Below, piece by piece: positions 28,543 through 38,066 of a DNA stretch of 46,481 nucleotides. Location of the stretch: the IMG/VR virus record IMGVR_UViG_3300026105_000187, positions 1-46,481 of that record. One strand, written 5' to 3'. Under the pieces are notes generated by a model. That model saw only the letters and a list, made by a program, of their open reading frames with translations. It was not told the origin of the DNA and searched no databases. Source of the DNA: a virus. Its lineage: Duplodnaviria; Caudoviricetes. The stretch's first letter is position 1. Every line of letters begins with the position of its first letter. A program made the translations under genes and the position numbers.

Positions 28543-29351
28543 GAAAGTTTTACCTTTTCGGTGGTTGCAGTTTTACAGACATGCACGATTCATGGGCAAG
28601 ACAAATTGCAACAGATATAATAAAGGATCCGAATTCTTCAAAAAATTGTGCTAAATCCGGCGCCGGTAATGATTTTATTGGTACTTCTGTACTTCACCAT
28701 GCCCTAGAAGCAGAAAAGCAGGGATTTGTTCCAGACGTATCTATTATGTGGTCTTCGCCTAGTAGATATGAGGTTCCGATTTCGCAAAAGGAGACACCTT
28801 TTGTAAAAGATTTATATAATACCAATACCGAACAAGGTAACGATTTTAATCCAGGTACATTTTTTGAAAATTCTGCCGGCAACATAGACCGAACAACAGC
28901 AGACAATTGGTGGTTAATGCAGTGTTCCAAGGTTACATCAAAAACAGAATGGACAAAGATATCTAAAATTGATAAAGAATATGTAAAGACATTTGAATAC
29001 TTTCAGGAATATTTATGGAATCTAAATTATCAATGGTACTCTACTTTAAAGTCTATCTTACTGATGCAAAACATCTGTAAAACCAAAAAATGGAATTATC
29101 GTTTTATGGTTCATAGAGACGGCTTTGGAGAGCACATACAATTTTGCAGTCCACAGTTTAAAACTATTCAAAATGAAATTGATTGGGATAATTTTATATT
29201 CACGGATAACAGAGACGGCGGGTTAAGAGAATATACGCTTGCAACAGTTAATACCTGGGACGACGGGTACGACAATCATCCTAGCAAAGAGGCTCATTCA
29301 AAATTTGTTTATGATTTCTTGTTACCAAACTTTCCTGGAGAGTATAATTGA
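28539..29351 (+). CDS. SGNH/GDSL-like esterase or acyltransferase
   Basis: GGCSFT, N.AKSGAGN, WS...R and DNHPS..AH; ATGA overlap with the upstream stop. Confidence 0.65.
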   Translation: MRKFYLFGGCSFTDMHDSWARQIATDIIKDPNSSKNCAKSGAGNDFIGTSVLHHALEAEKQGFVPDVSIMWSSPSRYEVPISQKETPFVKDLYNTNTEQGNDFNPGTFFENSAGNIDRTTADNWWLMQCSKVTSKTEWTKISKIDKEYVKTFEYFQEYLWNLNYQWYSTLKSILLMQNICKTKKWNYRFMVHRDGFGEHIQFCSPQFKTIQNEIDWDNFIFTDNRDGGLREYTLATVNTWDDGYDNHPSKEAHSKFVYDFLLPNFPGEYN

Positions 29352-30649
29352 TTACTCTCTACTATCAAACTGATATTCGAATACCCAATTCGATACCCTA
29401 TCATTTAAGGAGTACAGAAGAGTACAATTTTAAAAGTGTTAAACCTACGTTCATATCAGAATATTCGTCTTATCTTAAAATTCCTATTAGAAAGGTAACT
29501 AAAGAAACATACAAAGGTGAAAAAGCATTTTATCATATCGAAATTGATTGGATTGATCAAGCAACTATTTGGCAAAATGTTTTTACATGGATAGATAATG
29601 ATGTTTTACAATTATTGCAAAATACAAGTTCAAAACTTAATCTTCTTCTTTGGTTTCCAAATGAAGGATTTCCTCTAAGTTTTCCAAGATTTATAGATAT
29701 CATTGATTACTGCTTAAAAGAATTAAAAATACCTGATAAAAAAGTATTTTTTGTTTTCGGCGACTTGAATATTCAAGAAAACTATGGAAAATATATAAAA
29801 AATGGATTAAACAAAATAAATGTGTATGGTCTAAACTCTTTCGAAGCAACTTATCATAACGAATGTAGACTTTTAGAAAAAGATGGACATGGGGCAATAT
29901 TTGTTAACAACGAACACCGTAGAAAGAACTTACACCAAACTAAAAATAAACGTTTTATTTTTAAAAATGCCAATCCTCGTGATCATAGAATATATTTTGC
30001 TGCAGAATTAAAAAGACGTGGCTTACTAGAACTTTCTTATTATAGTTGGTTAAATAGATATAACAACCCTAATAAAGATTCTTGTAAAGATATTATAAGA
30101 AAATATTCATATAATAATAAATTCAACAATAAAATAATTCGTCATGCAGAAGAGTTTTTAGCAAATGCTCCTTACATTCTAGATTATGATAAAGATTCTA
30201 TAGGAGAAGGCTTAAACCAGAGAATGTTAATATCTAAACATTTTACAGACAGCTACTTTTCATTTGTAACAGAAACAACCTATGACAATACAGAGCAAAA
30301 TGTATTATTTGTTACAGAAAAAATATACCAACCTATGGTTCAATATCATCCTTTTATTGTTGCTGCTTGTCCTGGTTTTCTTAGATATTTAAGATCTTGC
30401 GGATACGAAACATTTCCTGAGTTATTTGACGAATCGTACGATAAAGAACAAAATCTCAAATTGAGAACAAAATTAATCATTGATAATATTCAAAACGTTG
30501 TTAACATGCCTGAGAAAAAACTACATGATATCTATTACAGTGACTATTTCCAAGATAAGTTAATTCATAATAGAAATCTGTTTTTCAGCCTCAATGGAAA
30601 AAAACAATGGTTGGAAACATTTGCATGGTTAGATAGAAATGCAAGATAG
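29348..30649 (+). CDS. Putative glycosyltransferase (TET/TEK family)
   Basis: FKNANPRDHR, FVTET, FVTEKIYQP and GYETFPELFDESYD; TTG start with GGAG RBS. Confidence 0.5.
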   Translation: MITLYYQTDIRIPNSIPYHLRSTEEYNFKSVKPTFISEYSSYLKIPIRKVTKETYKGEKAFYHIEIDWIDQATIWQNVFTWIDNDVLQLLQNTSSKLNLLLWFPNEGFPLSFPRFIDIIDYCLKELKIPDKKVFFVFGDLNIQENYGKYIKNGLNKINVYGLNSFEATYHNECRLLEKDGHGAIFVNNEHRRKNLHQTKNKRFIFKNANPRDHRIYFAAELKRRGLLELSYYSWLNRYNNPNKDSCKDIIRKYSYNNKFNNKIIRHAEEFLANAPYILDYDKDSIGEGLNQRMLISKHFTDSYFSFVTETTYDNTEQNVLFVTEKIYQPMVQYHPFIVAACPGFLRYLRSCGYETFPELFDESYDKEQNLKLRTKLIIDNIQNVVNMPEKKLHDIYYSDYFQDKLIHNRNLFFSLNGKKQWLETFAWLDRNAR

Positions 30650-31664
30650 TCAAATGATATACGATAAGGGGTTTGATGCTGTTCACATTACTGGTCTGCA
30701 TGATAAAAAAATCAAAGAACAGATACTTAAAAAATTATCTAACAATGCTGCGTTTATCAATACAACTTGGATTGAATTAGATTCTGATCTCAAAAGAATA
30801 ATACAAAGTCAACCTAATTTAATATTATGCTACAGCACTGTAGACTGGGAAAATAGAATATGCAGGCAGGAACCTAATAACTATATTAAAGAAAACGCCA
30901 AAAATTTAATCTATTTCGGAAATTATAATAACGGATATTATTTTAGTTTTTGGATGGATTTTGTTTTTGAACATATTAGCAGTTTTGAAAAGTTTGACTG
31001 CACTAACGTCAACAAAGACATGCAATTGTTCATGTGCCTTAATAGAAAGCCACATGAACACAGAATAGAACTGGTAAGAAAACTTTACGATAAAAATCTA
31101 GATAAACAAGGATTCATCAGCCTAGGCAAGCACCCTAAGCCTGTTCCGTGGGATTATAAAGGCTTATCTGTTCCTATCACTTTACAAAAGGATATAGAAA
31201 ATCAAGAAGGCAATTTAGCAGTAGCAGGAAATGCCGGAGGAATTACCAATGACATTACTGGTCTTGGTTCATCCGAGTATTGGAATTCGCATTTTTTAAA
31301 CATTGTTACTGAAACGACTGTGCATACAGATGTTTTTATTAGTGAAAAGACCTTTAAGCCTATTATAGGAATGCGTCCTTTTGTTATTCTCGGAGACGAT
31401 GCTGTTTACGAAAAATTACACGAATGGGGATTTGATACATTCGATGATATTTTTGGTAAAGGTTATTTGGGAAAATATCACACAGATAGAATAGAATGGA
31501 TCGTTGGAATAGTTGAAGACCTAAAAAGAGCAAATCTAAATTTGCTCTTTAAAAAACTCCTGCCAAGATTAAAGGAAAACAAACGACTTTTTCTAGAAGT
31601 GGCTAAACAAAATAGACAAAGATTTTCAGACTTCGAAGTCAAATTGAATAACACCTGTAAATAG
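30639..31664 (+). CDS. Putative glycosyltransferase (TET/TEK family)
   Basis: FMCLNRKPHEHR, IVTET, FISEKTFKPI and GFDTFDDI. Confidence 0.5.
   Translation: MQDSQMIYDKGFDAVHITGLHDKKIKEQILKKLSNNAAFINTTWIELDSDLKRIIQSQPNLILCYSTVDWENRICRQEPNNYIKENAKNLIYFGNYNNGYYFSFWMDFVFEHISSFEKFDCTNVNKDMQLFMCLNRKPHEHRIELVRKLYDKNLDKQGFISLGKHPKPVPWDYKGLSVPITLQKDIENQEGNLAVAGNAGGITNDITGLGSSEYWNSHFLNIVTETTVHTDVFISEKTFKPIIGMRPFVILGDDAVYEKLHEWGFDTFDDIFGKGYLGKYHTDRIEWIVGIVEDLKRANLNLLFKKLLPRLKENKRLFLEVAKQNRQRFSDFEVKLNNTCK
31656..31663 (+). promoter_or_regulatory. Late promoter candidate TGTAAATA
   Basis: TAAATA core 16 nt before ATG 31680, with an AAGGAG RBS in between. Confidence 0.45.
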
Positions 31665-31679
31665 GTTAAAGGAGTCTGG

Positions 31680-32903
31680 ATGAATATAGGATATATCGGA
31701 GTAGGTAAACTGGGTTTGCCTTGTGCTGAAGAAATTGCAAAGAAGGGCCACACTGTGAAAGGATACGACCTTGATCCTCTTGACAGCGACCTTGTTGACT
31801 TTACCTACAATATTCAAGAATGTGTGCAAGGCTGTAATATTGTGTTTGTAGCAGTTCCCACACCACATGATGCTGACTATGACGGAAGTGCTCCTACTAA
31901 CCATTTGTCGCCAAAAGACTTCTCCTATGATACTGTGAAGTCTGTTCTCGAAGAAGCAGACAAACACATGAACCAAGACCAACTGTTGGTGTTAATATCT
32001 ACTGTATTACCTGGCACTACGAGAAGAGAATTCACACCAATCATAACTAATACAAGATTTGTTTATAACCCCTATCTTATAGCAATGGGATCTGTTGGCT
32101 GGGACATGGTCAATCCAGAAATGATAATGATTGGCACCGACGACGGATCTGAAACAGGAGACGCTAAACAGTTAAAAGAATTTTATGATACTGTCATGGA
32201 AAACAATCCTTCTACAGTTGTCGGTACCTATGACGAGTGTGAATGTATCAAGGTCTTTTACAATACTTTTATTTCTACAAAAATATCTCTAGTTAACATG
32301 ATACAGGACGTTGCAGAAAAACAAAAAAATATCAACGTGGATGTAGTAACAGAAGCACTTGCTAATTCTACCAAACGTATAATGTCGCCACAGTACATGA
32401 CAGCAGGCATGGGGGACGGAGGCGCCTGCCATCCTAGAGATAACATCGCTCTACGTTATATGGCGCAGGAACTTGGTCTAGGCTATGACTTATTTGATGC
32501 TATTATGAGTGCGAGAGAGATACAAGCAAAAAATCTTGCTCTCGAACTAGTAAAGCACGCAAATGAAAATAACATGCCCATATACATACACGGCAAAGCA
32601 TATAAGCCACAAGTTCCTTACACAGACGGATCATACAGTTTACTAGTAGGACACTACGTACAAGAAGCAGGAATTAAACCTACCTATATAGATCCTTATA
32701 CAGGCGACGATTATCAACCTACAGAACCTGGTGTGTTTCTTATGGCACACTCTGCCTCAGTAACCTATGATTACACAGAAACAAAAACTCGAGACGAGAT
32801 TTATTGTCCAATTCCTCCTTTCAGTATTGTGATAGATCCCTGGCGAAAATTCTCAAGTTCGGTTAGCCGAGTAATACACTACGGTAATACTAGACAAAGA
32901 TAA
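31680..32903 (+). CDS. ugd: UDP-glucose/GDP-mannose dehydrogenase family protein
   Basis: IGVGKLG Rossmann motif, FVAVPTP, STVLPGTT, E..K...N.F...KIS..N, GGACHPRD (catalytic Cys) and G.AYKP. The substrate is not established. Confidence 0.85.
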   Translation: MNIGYIGVGKLGLPCAEEIAKKGHTVKGYDLDPLDSDLVDFTYNIQECVQGCNIVFVAVPTPHDADYDGSAPTNHLSPKDFSYDTVKSVLEEADKHMNQDQLLVLISTVLPGTTRREFTPIITNTRFVYNPYLIAMGSVGWDMVNPEMIMIGTDDGSETGDAKQLKEFYDTVMENNPSTVVGTYDECECIKVFYNTFISTKISLVNMIQDVAEKQKNINVDVVTEALANSTKRIMSPQYMTAGMGDGGACHPRDNIALRYMAQELGLGYDLFDAIMSAREIQAKNLALELVKHANENNMPIYIHGKAYKPQVPYTDGSYSLLVGHYVQEAGIKPTYIDPYTGDDYQPTEPGVFLMAHSASVTYDYTETKTRDEIYCPIPPFSIVIDPWRKFSSSVSRVIHYGNTRQR

Positions 32904-32919
32904 AGTTTTAATATATAAT
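32891..32919 (+). promoter_or_regulatory. Sigma70-type promoter TAGACA-N17-TATAAT, probably giving a leaderless mRNA
   Basis: -35 at 32891-32896 and -10 at 32914-32919. ATG 32926 begins 7 nt after the -10 box and has no SD. Confidence 0.55.
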
Positions 32920-32925
32920 AGTAAT

Positions 32926-33606
32926 ATGTATGACATTGTGTTTATATCTTATAATGAATCAAACGCAGATAAAAACTGGGAACTTTTAAAATCTCGTTTT
33001 CCTTCTGCAAAAAGAGTAGACGGTGTAAAAGGAATACACCAAGCACATATCAAAGCCGCAAAGCGATGTTTTACAAAAATGTTTTGGGTAGTAGATGCTG
33101 ATGCTGAACTGTTGGATGACTTTTCATTTGATTACGAAGTAGACGAATATAATTTAGACACTGTTCATGTGTGGAATTCTCAAAATCCTGTAAATGATCT
33201 CGTGTACGGGTATGGAGGTGTAAAACTGCTTCCAAGAACCAAAACTATAAAAATGGATACTTCTAGAGCGGATATGACAACTAGTATATCCAATAGTTTT
33301 CGAGCAGTCGAACAAACATCAAATATAACAGCGTTCAATACTGATTCATTTAGTGCTTGGCGATCTGGTTTTAGAGAGTGTGCGAAACTTGCTAGCCAAA
33401 CAATAGATAGACAACTTAATTCAGAAACATTTGAACGTTTAGAAACATGGTGTAATCAAGGTGTCAATCGACCGTTTGGCATAGATGCTATAAAAGGCGC
33501 CAAAGAAGGTAGAAAATTCGGTGAAGAAAACAAAGACAACATTATCGAGTTACAAAAAATAAACGACTTTGAGTGGCTTAAATTTTATTTTGAAAACAAT
33601 GATTAA
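32926..33606 (+). CDS. Putative GT2-like glycosyltransferase (paralog of 18788..19690)
   Basis: DIVFISYNE..KRVDGVKGIHQAH..FWVVDAD..YGYGGVKL..AWRSGFRE. Confidence 0.6.
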   Translation: MYDIVFISYNESNADKNWELLKSRFPSAKRVDGVKGIHQAHIKAAKRCFTKMFWVVDADAELLDDFSFDYEVDEYNLDTVHVWNSQNPVNDLVYGYGGVKLLPRTKTIKMDTSRADMTTSISNSFRAVEQTSNITAFNTDSFSAWRSGFRECAKLASQTIDRQLNSETFERLETWCNQGVNRPFGIDAIKGAKEGRKFGEENKDNIIELQKINDFEWLKFYFENND

Positions 33607-34450
33607 TATAGTTTGTACCAGTAAACCTTGCGACGGCCTATTTTACTATAGTTACGAGTATAGTTCTTATCTTAAATCACTAGGAATCAATGCAAGGGTT
33701 ATAGTGATATGTAATAGAAAATTTCTACCATCTGACTATATTATGGCAATAAAAAACAAATATATTCACTGTCAAGATATTGAATTTGACAGTGTAGCAC
33801 CGAGAAAGCAAGATTTTTCTCTGATTATGGGCCGAAGTCAAATGAGTCTGGCTTACATAGATTTTGATAATTATACAGAAACACAGCAAAGTTCTCTTAA
33901 AAGATTATTTTCGCATAAGTTAATATCTGTGTATTCAGAAAATCATCCTACCATATATCCCAAAGCAGTTTCTTTTTTTGCACCATATAGAATATTTGAT
34001 CTTTGCGACCACGAAGTATATCCTAACGGCGTAGGTGAACACTTTGAAAAAACAATCAATTTTGATATACATAAACCCGTAACAAACAATATACAGTTCG
34101 AGCACCTATTCCTTGGAACAAATGACAAATACTATGCAACAATACAAGATATAATAGACCAATATCCTAATCACGGTATATTAACCTATAATGAGAAATA
34201 TATTGATTCAAAAAACAATAATGTATTTGCACCTGTAGATGATTTGTTAGGAATGTTTGAAACTTATGTTTATACAAAAAATACATTTGATCCAGCACCT
34301 AGAATATTTCAAGAATGTAGATACTTTGGAAAAAACGTAATCTATCAGAGAGATAAATCCTTAGTCGACGGCGGTAGCGTTTACTGGAATAGAAGTATCA
34401 AAGAACCAGACGTATCGCCAATATTTAAAATTATAGAGGACAATGCATGA
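33599..34450 (+). CDS. Putative GT-B (GT4-like) glycosyltransferase
   Basis: The C-terminal YVYT..FDPAPRIFQECRYFGKNVIY matches the (E/D)-x7-E-x4-G-x2-VI GT4 pattern. ATG 33599 is preferred over TTG 33569. Confidence 0.45.
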   Translation: MINIVCTSKPCDGLFYYSYEYSSYLKSLGINARVIVICNRKFLPSDYIMAIKNKYIHCQDIEFDSVAPRKQDFSLIMGRSQMSLAYIDFDNYTETQQSSLKRLFSHKLISVYSENHPTIYPKAVSFFAPYRIFDLCDHEVYPNGVGEHFEKTINFDIHKPVTNNIQFEHLFLGTNDKYYATIQDIIDQYPNHGILTYNEKYIDSKNNNVFAPVDDLLGMFETYVYTKNTFDPAPRIFQECRYFGKNVIYQRDKSLVDGGSVYWNRSIKEPDVSPIFKIIEDNA

Positions 34451-34797
34451 AAATTAAACCTAAGTGTTTGGCATTTGGTAAAAAAGACAACAAAGGAGCA
34501 GCATACACATCTGACGGATTTATGCTTCCGTGTTGTTGGATGGACGACCCGCCGGTCTACAGGTATGTAAAGGCATGCGGATTAAAAGATGATGAATTAC
34601 TGTTATCTAATAACAACTCGCTAGAAGATATTTTTAAGTCTGAACAATGGGAAAACTTTTTTCAGACATTAATTAATAGACCTCAAGACGCTTCTTATAT
34701 GTGTAAAAAGAAGTGCGGCGTTAACGTAGATATGGATGAAGTTAAAAAAGAAGAAAAAATAGAAGTTAGAGATCAAGCAAATGGCAAGAATTACTGA
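34447..34797 (+). CDS. Stand-alone twitch/SPASM-like Fe-S domain protein
   Basis: PKC...DGFMLPCCW...SLEDIF.S..W...CKKKC; GAGG RBS. Confidence 0.65.
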   Translation: MKIKPKCLAFGKKDNKGAAYTSDGFMLPCCWMDDPPVYRYVKACGLKDDELLLSNNNSLEDIFKSEQWENFFQTLINRPQDASYMCKKKCGVNVDMDEVKKEEKIEVRDQANGKNY

Positions 34798-35539
34798 CGA
34801 ATATGTAAAATACCAAAGATTTTGTAGGCCTAATATAGATGCTTCTCATAGATGTATTTTTAGATGCCCTCAATGTATTCGACAAAAAACAACAAGTCAA
34901 GAACAAATAAAACGGTCGTTTGACCTAGAAGAAGAGCAATTTAAAAAAATTCTAGATTATTATGAACTTGGTATAACATTTTGTGGTCAGATATCAGACC
35001 CAATTTACCATCCTAAGTTTCTTAATCTTTTAAAAATGTGCAACGGACAGGGCAAAGCAGTGAGAATTGCCACAGTGGGTAGCGGCAAAAGCGATGCATG
35101 GTGGGACGAGGCCTACAGTTACGGTGTTGGAGAAAATGCATGGTATTTTGGAGTAGACGGCATTGATGAAAAAAGTGAGTTATATAGAATAGGCTCCGAT
35201 TTTCAAGAAGTCTGGCAAAGAATGAAACAGGGAAGAGATCTGGGTCACGTAATTGTATGGCAATACATAATTTTTGGTTATAACGAACACGAGGTAGACC
35301 GCGCAATAGAAATTGCAAAAGAAGAAGATTTTAGTTTGTTGTTAATTAATACGAACCGAGGATTTAACCCCGATAGTCCTCTACTTAGGAAAAACGTTGA
35401 TTTTAAATTAACCAGTCCTGATAAAAAACACACTCAGCAACGTGTTAAGAAAGAATATTGGGGATATAAATCTGCATCATTAGAAGTATGGCAAAGAATG
35501 TCAAGAGATAAAATGCAATCTTTAAATTTAACGAATTAA
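34781..35539 (+). CDS. Radical SAM core protein without an auxiliary domain
   Basis: CIFRCPQC, FCGQISDP, FGVDG...YRIG and WQYIIF.YNEH; no C-terminal cysteines. Confidence 0.85.
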   Translation: MARITDEYVKYQRFCRPNIDASHRCIFRCPQCIRQKTTSQEQIKRSFDLEEEQFKKILDYYELGITFCGQISDPIYHPKFLNLLKMCNGQGKAVRIATVGSGKSDAWWDEAYSYGVGENAWYFGVDGIDEKSELYRIGSDFQEVWQRMKQGRDLGHVIVWQYIIFGYNEHEVDRAIEIAKEEDFSLLLINTNRGFNPDSPLLRKNVDFKLTSPDKKHTQQRVKKEYWGYKSASLEVWQRMSRDKMQSLNLTN

Positions 35540-35557
35540 GGAGTTTTAAATTTAATT

Positions 35558-36631
35558 ATGATACCTTACGACGGCTGGGATAGAGAATATAAAGAAAACA
35601 AAGAACAATATCAAGAATTATTTAATAATTTTATGTCACAAGCAAACTATGAAGACAACAGTTCGTTTGAAGATAAATTTGCTCAACGCATAGGACGTAA
35701 ACATTGTGTTAGTGTTTCTAGTGCTACTGATGCGTTGCACTTCTCCTTGTTAGCGCACGGCATTGGCCCAGGTGACGAAGTTTTAGTTACAGACTTTAGT
35801 TGGATAAGCAGTTCAGCCTGTGTCAGTATGGTAGGTGCAACACCGGTTTTTTGTGATATCGATTTAGATTCATATCATATGTCTTTAGACAGCATCAAAC
35901 GCATGTATTCAGACAAAGTAAAAGCAATTGTATATCCTCACCTGTTCGGTAATATGACTGATACTAGTAAAATTGAAGAATTTTGCAAAGAAAAAAAAAT
36001 ACTATTTGTTGAAGATGCTGCGCAAAGTTTGGGCAGCAGCCTCAACGGGATCTCGGCAGGCACCATCGGCGACTGCAGCGTTTTTAGTTTTAACACAAAC
36101 AAAGTTATTGCTGGAATAAATGGCGGCGGCGTATTTTTAACCGACAATGACGAAATTGCAGACACTGTAAGAAAGATTCGTAGACACGGCAAGGATAAAG
36201 ATTTTTCTATGCTAGGATATAACAGTCGTATGTATGTTTTAAACGGAAAAATTATAGAATTGCGCCTACAAGATGCCGAACATAATCAAAAACGCAGGCA
36301 GCAACTTGCAGATAAATATAACACCGGATTTGCAAACTGCCCTTTGGTTACGCAACACATAACCAAAGAACTTGATCACAATTATCACAAGTACGTGATA
36401 AGATTTGAAAATAAAGACCAAAGAAAACAAGTAAAGAATGCAATTGGAGCATCTATACACTACGAAACTCCGTTAAGCAAAAATAGTATGTATAAAAATA
36501 TAGAATTTAGAAAAGACTTTTGTACAGCATCGAAACAGGCCTCTGATACTGTATTATCTTTACCAATTCACGCATGGTTAGATGATTCCGAAGTAGAATA
36601 CGTTATTAAAACAGTAAAAGATGCGTTATAA
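35558..36631 (+). CDS. DegT/DnrJ/EryC1/StrS family sugar aminotransferase
   Basis: SATDAL, GPGDEV, GATPVFCD, EDAAQS, FSFNTNK (PLP Lys), GYNSRM and LSLP; AAGGAG RBS. Confidence 0.92.
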   Translation: MIPYDGWDREYKENKEQYQELFNNFMSQANYEDNSSFEDKFAQRIGRKHCVSVSSATDALHFSLLAHGIGPGDEVLVTDFSWISSSACVSMVGATPVFCDIDLDSYHMSLDSIKRMYSDKVKAIVYPHLFGNMTDTSKIEEFCKEKKILFVEDAAQSLGSSLNGISAGTIGDCSVFSFNTNKVIAGINGGGVFLTDNDEIADTVRKIRRHGKDKDFSMLGYNSRMYVLNGKIIELRLQDAEHNQKRRQQLADKYNTGFANCPLVTQHITKELDHNYHKYVIRFENKDQRKQVKNAIGASIHYETPLSKNSMYKNIEFRKDFCTASKQASDTVLSLPIHAWLDDSEVEYVIKTVKDAL

Positions 36632-37292
36632 AAATAAATTCGGCACAATACAGGTCATGTCTAAAAAAAAAGTTTTTAGAAATAAAACTCTTGGACTATC
36701 AATGTCGGGAGGTGCCGATAGCACGTTGTTATGTTACATTCTTGCAAAAACTAGTTATGCCAAAAACTTGAATATCACCATACAGCCCTATAATGGATAC
36801 GATTTATGGGCTCCTACCGATTCTAATGCTGTAATTGATATTGTGCATTATATTCAAAGATCTTTTCCAGACGTTGATTTACAGTGGCCAATTTCTACAG
36901 TTTTTAATACCCAAGGTAATCAAAATAATAATAAAAATACGTATATTGCATCCTTACTTAACAGATTAGAGAAATATAAAGTTGTGGATTTAGTAATGAA
37001 CGGAGTGTCAATGGGACCGCCGTTAGAAGTTCAACAAAATTTTATCAAACAAGAAGATGGGCTGAGCGTAAAACGATTACCAGGATACCATTTATGGCAC
37101 GAAATTGAAAGAGTAGATGATTACTTAGCACCGTTCAAATTTGTTAACAAAAAGTTTATTATAGAATGTTATAAACAGTTTGGAATTATGAGCCTTTTAG
37201 ACATAACCTATTCATGTACTAATCTCGATAGCAATAAAACAACTTGCGGTGTATGTTGGTGGTGTCAAGAACGTGCTTGGGCTTTGAATTAA
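36621..37292 (+). CDS. QueC-like PP-loop ATP pyrophosphatase
   Basis: SMSGGADS, PF...K..I and the zinc motif TYSC-x9-CGVCWWC.ER. Confidence 0.75.
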   Translation: MRYKNKFGTIQVMSKKKVFRNKTLGLSMSGGADSTLLCYILAKTSYAKNLNITIQPYNGYDLWAPTDSNAVIDIVHYIQRSFPDVDLQWPISTVFNTQGNQNNNKNTYIASLLNRLEKYKVVDLVMNGVSMGPPLEVQQNFIKQEDGLSVKRLPGYHLWHEIERVDDYLAPFKFVNKKFIIECYKQFGIMSLLDITYSCTNLDSNKTTCGVCWWCQERAWALN

Positions 37293-37295
37293 ATA
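37288..37295 (+). promoter_or_regulatory. Late promoter candidate ATTAAATA
   Basis: TAAATA overlaps the stop codon, 21 nt before ATG 37317; AAGGA RBS. Confidence 0.45.
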
Positions 37296-37316
37296 TTTAC
37301 AGTAAGGAAATTATAT

Positions 37317-37991
37317 ATGATACAAGAGTCATTAAAGAATAGGAAACATGTAGTAAATTATAGTACCTCCATATTTCCTACTGAAGAAGAAATTTTGCAA
37401 ATACTTCAAACCGCATATCCGTTGGTCTCATCTAAGCAAAAAGGATATCCATATGAAGTACACGTTTTGGGTCCTAATAAAAACCGGAGCAACGAACTTT
37501 GGAATTTGTGTGAAGGAAATAAAATAAATACTGACCTCAAAGCATTAGGCGATCCCGGAGACAGATATAGACCAAATCCAGGACTATATCATATGTATTC
37601 TGCTCCTTGGACATTAATATACGGGCCGAGAATTGCATCACCAAATGCCTATTATAGAAAAACTTTTGATGCTTCTCATTCGTTGTGGGAATTAGACAAT
37701 TATAAATTTGTTAATCGTAACAATAGAGAATCTTGTGCAATAGAAATAGGCATGCTTGCTAAGGTAATTACTGGTGTTGCTTTAGAAAAGGGATGGGATA
37801 CTTCGTATAATATATGTTTTCCTGAACGGCTAGAAAAATGGATTAATTTTCCATTTCTAGATTTTACTCCTGCTCTAATACAAACGATAGGTAAAGGAGA
37901 AAAGTATAAATGGGAAACACTTACACCGGAAGATTCAAAACTTGATACAGACGCACCGTTCGAAGACATTTTTACATTTGTAGACGAATAG
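37317..37991 (+). CDS. Nitroreductase-like flavoprotein
   Basis: L.NRKHV..Y, IL..A....SSKQ...PY, EIGM......ALEKG.DT...CF and IG. Confidence 0.6.
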   Translation: MIQESLKNRKHVVNYSTSIFPTEEEILQILQTAYPLVSSKQKGYPYEVHVLGPNKNRSNELWNLCEGNKINTDLKALGDPGDRYRPNPGLYHMYSAPWTLIYGPRIASPNAYYRKTFDASHSLWELDNYKFVNRNNRESCAIEIGMLAKVITGVALEKGWDTSYNICFPERLEKWINFPFLDFTPALIQTIGKGEKYKWETLTPEDSKLDTDAPFEDIFTFVDE

Positions 37992-38066
37992 TACAACGAA
38001 GCCTTTAATAAACATAAGGTACATATTGACTGATAAGTACGAGGACTATACAGAGGATTATAATTT

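Noticed and set aside
34741-34797. Programmed frameshift fusing the twitch gene to the radical SAM core
   Set aside because: The downstream frame has TAG at 34760-34762, after the A-runs, and I see no slippery site in 34763-34797.
38026-38064. Sigma70 promoter from TTGACT with TATACA or TATAAT
   Set aside because: The spacers are 15 and 27 bp, outside the usual 16-18 bp.
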